Position numbers and translations under genes: made by a program
In this document: piece after piece, positions 39,015 to 48,566 of the stretch
Position numbering within the stretch: position 1 is the first letter of the stretch
Layout: every line of letters begins with the position of its first letter
Notes under the pieces: generated by a model
What the model was told of the DNA's origin: nothing
Databases searched by the model: none
Seen by the model: the letters and a program-made list of their open reading frames with translations, nothing else
From: Eledone cirrhosa
Lineage: Eukaryota
NCBI GenBank assembly: GCA_964016885.1
Contig: OZ024751.1
Location: 33,728,001-33,792,000 of the forward strand
Direction: 5' to 3'
Length of the DNA stretch: 64,000 nt

Positions 39015-39374
39015 TATATGTGAATATATATATGTGTATGTGTGCATATATGTGCGTGTGTGTGTGTGTATGTATATGTGTATGTGTATATATGTGTATG
39101 TGTATGTGTATATATATATGTGCATGTGTGTGTGTATGTGTATATATATATGTGCATGTGTGTATATATGTGTGTGTATATATATATATATGTGCATATA
39201 TGTGTGTGTGTGTGTGTATATATATGTGCATATGTGTGTATATATATATATGTGTATACGTGTATGTGTGTATATGTGTCTGTGTATATATGTGTGTATA
39301 TATGTATAAATATGTATATATATGTATATATGTATATATATATGTGTGTATATATGTATATATATAGTAGTCTA

Positions 39375-39404
39375 AACCAATGAGAACCTGGTTGCTATGG
39401 AGCT
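39375..39404 (+). promoter_or_regulatory. Possible promoter elements (CCAAT box and partial RFX X-box-like GTTGCTATGG) upstream of the Ig-TM ORF
   Basis: CCAAT at 39377 and GTTGCTATGG at 39391 in a small CpG-containing patch. Motif match only. Confidence 0.25.
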
Positions 39405-39538
39405 ATCGTCGCTGCGCAGGTGAATTTCTCAGTTGTAGTTGTCTTCGATGACATGATGTAAGAATGTGTGGATTACTGCTGACGACCGTTAGAACTAAAC
39501 TTTCTTAACATATCTCATTAACACTTCATTATAGAACC

Positions 39539-40624
39539 ATGCAGAGAAGAAACAAGATATCTTTCATCTCACTTCCTCTGTATTTGTTGTTGCTTGTCGA
39601 TGTTGATGGAACAAACAATAATAATATTGACGAGAACAAGTCAGTGCGTGTTTCCCCCCCTCCCCCGCCATCTCGACATAAATCGAACAATTTAATATCT
39701 TGCGTGGATTCCCCCTGCGTGAAGACGGAATCACTGACAGACAAAACTGGGTTTATTAGAAATAATAGCAAAATAAAAGTGAATTCTGTGACTGGGAATA
39801 GCAGTAAACATCATGTGAAAATTGAAAACCTAGAAATGTTATATTTACATGAACCGCGAAGAAGTGAGCGTCGCAAATACAGACAAGTTATACAAGATAA
39901 AAGTGTGGAGAAAAATAATAATTCTTTGAAAACTATCTCTAATGAAGCAAATATTTATTTGGAATCGAATGTTGGTAAAAAGAGACAAGCAACTAATAAT
40001 AACAGTAGAGATATATCAAAAGAAATGATCGACAGTGCGATATTGGAATCGCCGACTACCTCAGTAGCGAGTGCTACTGTTACTATACTAACATTTGATA
40101 ATACATCGGAAATAGGATTAGATCAATTCTATGATGGAATGGCATCAACTAATATTTATTTTGTGAAGAAACCCCCCACTTCGGACGCCTCAGATATTGG
40201 AAACACCCTGACATATGAATGTGAAGTTGATACAGCAAACTTGACCATTAATCCAGAAATCTACTGGACTATTCCTGGGATGGTCACTTCTGAAGAAGAC
40301 AAACTAACCGAGGATCTTTATGCTGGCGACTTTCGCAAGGATATTTTTGTCACATTTAATCATTCTCTGGTGATAAAGAATGTCCGCAGGGAACACAAAG
40401 GTGTCTATATGTGTGTAGTTACAGTCGGTCAAAATACTAAAATGGTATCGGTAGCATTAAGTGTTAATACAAAGACCAGGTTCGAGCTATTGATACGACT
40501 AGTTGTTGGTTTCTCAGCAGCACTAGTTATCATTGTAGTGTTTGGTTCTCTGTGGATTGTTTTGAGAATTCTTAAAAATAGAAAAAGTCGATATATCCAG
40601 TGTAACCTTCATGAGACTTTATAA
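39539..40624 (+). CDS. Single-pass type I membrane protein with one Ig-like domain (361 aa)
   Basis: ACCATG start. Hydrophobic signal (ISFISLPLYLLLLVDVDG). Ig motifs LTYEC, IYW, SLVIKNVRREHKGVYMC, VALSV. TM segment LLIRLVVGFSAALVIIVVFGSLWIVL, basic stop-transfer KNRKSR, C-terminal -ETL. Confidence 0.9.
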   Translation: MQRRNKISFISLPLYLLLLVDVDGTNNNNIDENKSVRVSPPPPPSRHKSNNLISCVDSPCVKTESLTDKTGFIRNNSKIKVNSVTGNSSKHHVKIENLEMLYLHEPRRSERRKYRQVIQDKSVEKNNNSLKTISNEANIYLESNVGKKRQATNNNSRDISKEMIDSAILESPTTSVASATVTILTFDNTSEIGLDQFYDGMASTNIYFVKKPPTSDASDIGNTLTYECEVDTANLTINPEIYWTIPGMVTSEEDKLTEDLYAGDFRKDIFVTFNHSLVIKNVRREHKGVYMCVVTVGQNTKMVSVALSVNTKTRFELLIRLVVGFSAALVIIVVFGSLWIVLRILKNRKSRYIQCNLHETL

Positions 40625-40722
40625 TTTGGCTTTTAGTAAACATTGTTTCATTTTTAGTAATCTAGGAATAGACGAGAATTTAGTTTTAAAAGACAGGAAA
40701 AAATATGTTTGGAAGTGTTGGA

Positions 40723-40776
<54 letters not shown>

Positions 40777-40921
40777 TTTGTTTTAGCGTAAATATTTGTA
40801 AATGATCGATACTTCGATTACATAGCATAAAACATAATTATCAGTGAATTAGTGCGATATTTGTATATTGTGCATTATTAATAGTGGTTCATATTTAACA
40901 TTATAGAAGTAATATAGCAGT

Positions 40922-41015
40922 ATTAGTTGTTGTTGTTACTGCTGTTGTTACTGCTGCTGTTGTTACTGCTGTTGTTGTTACTGTTGTTACTGCTGTTGTT
41001 GTTACTGTTGTAGTT
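40922..41015. repeat. (GTT/ACT/GCT)n trinucleotide tract
   Basis: GTTGTTACTGCT repeats. Confidence 0.85.
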
Positions 41016-41291
41016 CTTTTTCGACAACTGTTGATTAAACAGCGACACACGGAACATTAGTCAAAGCAAAGGGAAAAAACAAAACATACAATCACTATCA
41101 CCACCATTAAATCGAACAATTTAAGCTTCAGCTTAAACAATATATTTTTGTACTTGTGAACATTTTTATAACTATTGAGGAGGAAAAGCTGTCTCCCGTC
41201 TTTATTTTTAGAAGCTGTTGGTAATTAAAGTGATTTTTCTTTTCTTTTATATTTTATATTTATATATTTATATATGGAGATGTATATGTGG

Positions 41292-41345
<54 letters not shown>

Positions 41346-41845
41346 GCCTTTTGAAGTTGAGAAGTTTTCATTTCCTTAAACAAACCATTACATTATGTAT
41401 GTTTATGTATATATCTGTATATCTAGTTATCAATATATGTATGTGGGTAGTGTGTGTGTGTGTGTGTGTATTAGTGGTGGATTGGCTAAGTTGCCCGTCG
41501 CCTAATGCTTTGCTGTAAAAGAATAACAAATTTTAGAAAAACAAATAAAACAATTTATCTAAACATTTGGTCCAGCATTTTCTCGAGGGGAATTAATAGA
41601 AACCAAAATATAGTCAAACTAATAGAGAGAGAGACCCCCCCCCCCTCCCCCAGCAAGATTGGGTGTCACTGGCCATCGTCCTCCGGACACAGCACTTCTA
41701 TCCCCTTGCCCTAGGCCCAATCACCCTCCCTCTTCATCCCTCCTCTCTTTTCTGCGACACCCTCCCTTTCTTGTTCTTTTTTTCTCTCTATTTCCTTATT
41801 CCTTCTTTCCTTTTGTTTCCTTTTTTTTTTTATATATTTACGTCC

Positions 41846-41977
41846 CTTTACGATCTGAGTTAAAATCCCGCCGAGGTTGACTTTGCCTTTCATCCTTACG
41901 GGGTCGATAAAATAAAGTACCAGTAATGCACTGGGTTATTGCTGGCCTTGTGCCAAAAGTAGAAACAATTATTATTG
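41846..41977 (+). mobile_element. Family A SINE, 5'-truncated
   Basis: Core and tail present. Confidence 0.85.
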
Positions 41978-42541
41978 TTACTGTAAAACAATCGAAGCAT
42001 TGGTCGAGATGGAGGCGATGGCAGTGGAAGTTCTCTTCTTTTGTATTTACCTGTTATGAGACCTGATTTATCTATTTGGTCCAGCATTTCTCCAGGGAAT
42101 TAATAGAAATATAGTCAGTCATGTTCTAAATTTATAGCTTATCTGTTATTCAGGCATGTACAAACACACACACACACATATGTGTATGTATATTTCTTCT
42201 GTGCTTATGTGGATGTATACATATAAAAATCTATATATACACATGTACATGCACACACATAACTCTCCCATATATATATATATATATATGTGGCGAAGGG
42301 TAACCTAGAAAGCAGGGCTTGCAGTCCAATCGCCATGGCGGAAAGTGGGGCTGTGCAGCCTTACCCCCCCTCCCTAATTCCCTCTAAATGACCCTCCCGG
42401 TCAAAGCCACATGTAGTGTTATCTAGTGTGTGTATCTTTTTTAAGTGTCTACGATTTAGTAAGCAGCCAAAATTCTGCTTGCTTCAACTGACGCAATTGA
42501 TCAACTCAAGATTCTATAACGCATGCACTCACCTTTCACTC

Positions 42542-42602
<61 letters not shown>

Positions 42603-43532
42603 TGTAAGATAGTTCAATATTGCCAGTGGATGTGTATATTTCACAAAGGGATAAGGTAAAGTCATTCATATTGTTACTTTGCCATACATTGGTTATACCT
42701 CCACAACACGAGATATTTTAACAATTTTTAATACAATTTTCACTTGAATAAGAATGTGTCAATTAGTTGAAAATCATTGTTGGATTAACTACAAAAATTA
42801 ACTCATGAAATTAAGGTTTTTAAAGTTGATTGAAGATTTCTAATACTAATGTTATTTTCTTAAGTATTTAAACCATTCTCTTCTAAGTGAACATTCTTAT
42901 TTGTGGAATTGACTGTATATTCTAGTAATTACCGTTATCTACTCCGGCAAGTATCTTACAAAGTGTATCGTCAAAACTCTTATTCTATATCAATCATAAT
43001 TGAATAAAGTTATAAAACATTAATCTTTCCGCAGTAGATATTTCCATAAAACACCGGAATAGGTAAACTACTCATATTTAGTGCTCACCTTCTGTTTTGT
43101 GTTAAGTAGAAAAGAGGACAGAACTGTACCATCAAGGAAAAACCCTTAGGTATCCTCAACATTGCATCCTAGTAGTTACTCTCTACCCCTTGGACATTAC
43201 AGCCCTTAACTATCTCTCCATCACTGACCACATTCCCCACCACTACATCCCTTCCCCATCAACCACCCCTTACTCATTACCCTGTCATACACCTATAACT
43301 TCATACATATCTCCCTCTTCTATGCACCCCCTTCTCAGAACAGACAAGGCTCTACAGTTTGGACTAGGATCAACAACTTCTCTTGTAATGGTGCCAAGAA
43401 AAGTTGTAAGGGTGGTTGGTAACAGGTAGGTCACTCCACTGTAGAAAACTTGGCTAAAAGGGTTCAGTACTGACTTTGTCTATGTAGACCAGTTGAACCA
43501 TTACTAGCAGGGAAAGCAGACGTTAAAAGGAT

Positions 43533-43672
43533 ATATTTATTAAAATAACAGATTAAAGTTTAAGCAAAGATTCGCTGCTTTCACCCTTAACGGGATCTTC
43601 TGAAACTCAGATCCCGTTAAGGGCGAAAGCAGTGATTCTTTGCTTAAACATTAATGTTATTTTAATAAATAT
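43533..43672. repeat. Imperfect inverted repeat, ~65-bp arms, 10-nt loop
   Basis: ATATTTATTAAAATAAC..AAGCAAAGA..GCTTTCACCCTTAACGGGATCT / AGATCCCGTTAAGGGCGAAAGC..TCTTTGCTT..GTTATTTTAATAAATAT. Confidence 0.9.
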
Positions 43673-43788
43673 TTGCTCTAGGGTTCTTATATATTGGATA
43701 TATATTTATCCTTATCGAGCTCTCTTTGGATTTTAGTCTTAACATTTATTATTATTACTATATATATATATATATATATAAAATCATC

Positions 43789-44360
43789 TATGGATGTGTA
43801 TGTATCTATATGTATGGATGTGTATGTATCTATATGTATGGATGTGTATGTATCTATATGTATGGATGTGTATGTATCTATATGTATGGATGTGTATGTA
43901 TATGTATGGATGTGTATATATATATGTATGGATGTGTATATATATATGTATGGATGTGTATATATATATGTATGGATGTGTATGTATATATGTATGGATG
44001 TGTATGTATATATGTATGGATGTGTATGTATATATATGTATGTATATATATGTATATATATGTATGTATATATATGTATGGATGTGTATGTATATATATG
44101 TATGGATGTGTATGTATATATATGTATGGATGTGTATGTATCTATATGCATGGATGTGTATGTATCTATATGCATGGATGTGTATGTATCTATATGCATG
44201 GATGTGTATGTATCTATATGCATGGATGTGTATGTATCTATATGCATGGATGTGTATGTATCTATATGCATGGATGTGTATGTATCTATATGCAAGGATG
44301 TGTATGTATGTATATGTATGGATGTGTATGTATGTATGTATGTATGTATGCATGTATATG
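43789..44360. repeat. ~24-bp microsatellite-derived minisatellite
   Basis: Unit TATGGATGTGTATGTATCTATATG. Confidence 0.93.
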
Positions 44361-44419
44361 TTACATCGAGATTGACCATACGGAATGACCAGTTCTATCC
44401 AGTGGTGAACCAACAAACC

Positions 44420-44465
<46 letters not shown>

Positions 44466-44479
44466 GAAATATCTATAAA

Positions 44480-44510
<31 letters not shown>

Positions 44511-44575
44511 TGATAGGTTTCGGCCAGTATTAGCCCAAGCCATGTCTGACTCAATAGCACCACCCATCTAGCTAT

Positions 44576-44630
<55 letters not shown>

Positions 44631-44650
44631 TGTGTGTATGTATGTATGTA

Positions 44651-45214
44651 TACAACCTGTTTCATGGTCGGGTCGTTGGCGACTAAACTGGCAACCCCAC
44701 CAAGGTTTCTTGGTGAGGAGGGTGACTTTGGACAACCTGCAGGACTAAAAACAAAACCTGTCAAAAGGCAAAGGAGCTCTTAAGAGTCAATGGCCATCCA
44801 AAATCACCGGGAGAGATGACCCCTTAGCTTTTGTCAAGGCAGAATTCTAGGAGAAGGAAAACTCTGATATGACACCTGCAACCCTGATGGTATCCAATGA
44901 TGTTGACTTGTTCTTCTTTTTGGTAAATATCATCTTGGTTAAGAGAGTGGGACTGGATTTGTGCAGTGCCTTTGCTCACTATAAAAGCTTCACGGCACAG
45001 GCATTGCTTTATATCTGGAGATCTCTCTGCACTTGTCCTCACATGGTACCATGGGCCCAGCACTGTGTCAATAATTGTCACAAGTGTAGTGTTTGTACCA
45101 GAGTTTTCAAGTCGCTGGCTGGACTAAAAACTCGCTCATTCAGCGCATCGGTAGGGGTTCTCCTACATGGATATAAAGTAGTGGCCATACTCGAAAACGA
45201 GTTGGCAGCCACCA
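44651..45214 (+). mobile_element. Non-autonomous RTE-derived element (~565 bp)
   Basis: GAGAAGGAAAACTCTGA (RTE 5'UTR-like) joined to a 3' end encoding [17 protein letters not shown] (C2H2-like). Three copies in the window. Confidence 0.8.
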
Positions 45215-45479
45215 TGTATGTATATATATATTATATACATATGCATGTAGTTGAGACAAGAGAAAAGAGTACTCAATACCGTAGTTTAAATATTTATGCC
45301 TAAGTGATTCTTAGCCATAATAAATGAATACACACACAAAGGAAATATGTTTGGAAAGTGGCAACCAAAGTTTGAAATAGAAATAATAGATTCCATTGTA
45401 ACATTTGACTAAATAAAAGTTTAATAACTGGGCATATAATCCCACTGAATGGAAACAGATGGGTATCAGCACTCCTTGG

Positions 45480-45880
45480 AATCAAACCTGCACCTTGTTT
45501 ATTGGATGAGGATTGATTTCAAGGTGATATATGACCAACCAGCTCATCTCTTCACATCCGAGTGGAGAGGAGAAATCTTCCTGAATGTCCCAGATTGATC
45601 TTGGGTAACTCATGAGAAAGTGTTCCAGTAGGTTTAAATGTTTCCTGTTAACCAACCAGGTCTGGCAAGAGTAAGGCTTGTAAAAACACAGGCATTACAC
45701 ACAACTCATTTTCTCTTTCAGGCATGAGATGACACTTGGTTCTGGAGAGCAGAAACAGTGTCTGGCTTTTTAGAGTCTGAGATATTTCATCATCGAGGGA
45801 GCAATGAGTGTTTATCATATGGCTGAGGTAAGCTGAGAACTGATCTTTGGTCAATACTTACCTCCATACTAAATTTCTCT
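45480..45880 (-). mobile_element. Degenerate RTE-type LINE ORF2 fragment
   Basis: Minus strand KDQFSAYLSHMINTHCSLDDEI resembles the F.YLGS.I...CSLDDEI region downstream of RT. Confidence 0.6.
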
Positions 45881-47699
45881 AACTCTTGGTATTTAAATTC
45901 TTTCTCTGATAATGTGTACACAAAGACACACACACACATTGCAAGGTGTGTGTGTGTGCGCTACTGTTTTAAAGCAAAATCTTTCTCTGCTAAGGTACAC
46001 GCGCACGCGCACACGCACACGCACACATGCACATTCATACACACACTCACATATTGTATGTGTGTGTATGTGCTACTATATGAAATTGAAGCTGTTTTAT
46101 ACTTTATACAAAAATGCCTTGCTAATATGGTTTCATGTGGTACAGGACATTGAGATAAAATTTAAGAGATTTGGCTGCAGTTTCTAGCAGGTTCAGTGCT
46201 GCTAAAGATCTGTGTGTGTGTGTGGTGGGGGGCACTTTATATAGGTAACCTGTTACAAGTGTTTTGTTTATCAAGTGATTATAAAAGCATTGTTAGGTGA
46301 AATCTCTCCAGGTGTCAATACATGTTCACTCATTACATTATCACACAAAAGAAAATCAGTTCTTAATTCATTTATGTTTAATTAACGATGCCATTCATTG
46401 ATTACTCAACTCTCTTAAAAGTTGACTAATTGCTTCATTGAACTTCTATTGTTGTCATTCTATCTCTAGTGTCTATTGAACACATATTGATCAGACATTA
46501 TCTAAGTAGAGACATTAGTTTTTCATACAGTTTTATATATCTCTCTTTTTTACACACACTCTTATACTCTCTTATATAAACACACACTCTCACACTCTCC
46601 CTTGCTCTCTTTTACACTTTCACTCTCTCTCTCACTGTATTCAAGTTTGATCCTTTTTTATCAGGGATGTTTTATGTCCTAATTAATTCTTTGGTTGAAA
46701 CCTGAGTGTTTTTTAGAATTGATTTTTACATCTTTTTTTTTGGGGTGGGGGGGTTAGTAAAGCTTCCACTAAATATACCTTTGTACTAGAATATATCAAA
46801 CTTCTAAGACAACATACATCACTCCTAACCACAAACTTGTAGTTAGAATCATCATCGTTTAACAGCCATTTTTCCACGCTAGCACGGGTTAGATGAGTTG
46901 TCCTGTTGTGAGGCAAGCCAGATCAAATGATAGTGTCTTGCTCTCATACAGAATCCAGCTTGGTTTCTACAACTGGATGTCCTTCATAATGTTAACTACA
47001 TTTACTGTGTGGACTGTAATATACTACAAAAACATCAATATGAAAAACCTCATCACCATGAAACCCTTAGAAAACCACAGGAAGTAGCTAAGATGACCGA
47101 TGTAATGTATAAATATCAATGTAATCACGACAGATATAAACGGTTACATTGGGAAGATACAATACTTTCTTATCAGTTAACTATGTACTTGCATTGAGGA
47201 GTCATTACAACATATACGGTATATGCTACAAAATTAGATAACAAAACAGTTAAGACCATAATTCTCTCTCAAATCCCCCAAAACAAGGAGAGTAATTATG
47301 TGTGTGTGTGTGTAGTATGCTCACACTGCTGAAAATGAGATATGGTTAAAGGAAATTATTTTAAAAGGAGATGTGGGATAAAATCCTGTGGAATTGAGGG
47401 TATTTCATGCGTGGCGTAGATTATATTTGTTTTGAGAGAATGCTCAAGGCACTTGTTATATATTTATCTGATCTAATGTAGAACAGGATGACTGTTATTT
47501 TCATGTGGTTGTGTAGATTGATGATATAGATGCAAGATAATATCAACCAGGTATTTACTATATAATACTCCATCGTATACATTTAGTACAACTAAGTGGT
47601 CAGCTGCCGTCTGTGTTATGCTCGTTCACTGTACATTACTATAACATACTGTTGCCGACAAAAAACAAAAACTTACACCTTATCATTTTTATGTATGTT

Positions 47700-48090
47700 T
47701 TTCCTTTCTTGCATCATTTGGACTGGTCCTTTCGAGCACAATCATCTCTCCACACTTTACAATTCTTAATCTTCATTGAGTTTTAACAATTTGAGATCAG
47801 CTCTCACCACATCTGCCCAGGTTTACCTCTACTTTGGCTTTCTTCTACTGGAATTTCTTGGCACTTCACTGAATGATCATCATCCATGTGTATCACATGT
47901 CCATACCAATGCAGTCTTCTCTCTTGCACACTACTTCTGTTTCCTCTTATACTCAGTTTTTCTTTTAGTTCATCTAAGCTCTTTCATTCTCTTACATAAC
48001 ATTGTACATCCATCGAAGCATACTTGTTTCATTTCTCTCTATCCTGCTCACATCCTCTGCAGTTACTGCCCATGTTTCAATAACATGCAG
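47700..48090 (-). mobile_element. Degenerate RTE-like LINE 3' fragment
   Basis: Minus strand VQERRLHWYGHVIHMDD...RGKP matches the RRLRW.GHV.R..GRP motif. Confidence 0.65.
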
Positions 48091-48168
48091 ATCTTGGTTT
48101 CAAATAATTACTGATTAACTATATATTTCTTCATCTATGTGATTTTTGCCTAAACATGTTTTCAAGAA

Positions 48169-48329
48169 CTGTATTTCCCTGCGTTGAAGAGATTACTTTT
48201 TTCCTAAAATAAGTCTAAAAAATCTACCATGCGTCCTAGAAGCCGAAGGTTGTTTATTTTTTTATTTTTGGTTGTCAAAATTAGGATGCGTCCTCGAGGA
48301 CGAAGTGTCTTCAGTGCCAGGAAATATGG
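48169..48329. mobile_element. Tigger/pogo-like MITE
   Basis: Imperfect TIRs CTGTATTTCCCTGCGTTGAAGA ... TCTTCAGTGCCAGGAAATATGG-TA; internal TGCGTCCT repeats. Confidence 0.55.
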
Positions 48330-48566
48330 TAAATAGAAGTGGTTGTTAAACCATATTTAAAAACGATTTTTGATTTGTCCTTATTTCATGTTTCATGGTG
48401 GATTGAGTTCAAGGGGTCGATGAAATAAAGTACCAGTCAATTTCCCCTTCACTTCAAATTGCTGACCTTGTGCCTAAAGTGGAAACAATTTATTATTTTC
48501 CAGATAATTTGAACTGAATACCAAATATGAGGAAGTAACTGCAGTTGATAAACTCAATTTATAAAA

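Noticed and set aside
42289-42545. GC-richer insert inside (TA)n starting TGTGGCG
   Set aside because: Probably a TE fragment, but no TIR, terminal CA, ORF or second copy to classify it.
43687-44563. Several 190-280 aa ORFs (MDVYVSIC repeats), superficially Met/Tyr-rich like reflectin
   Set aside because: 24-bp microsatellite-derived repeat open in most frames; no reflectin motif.
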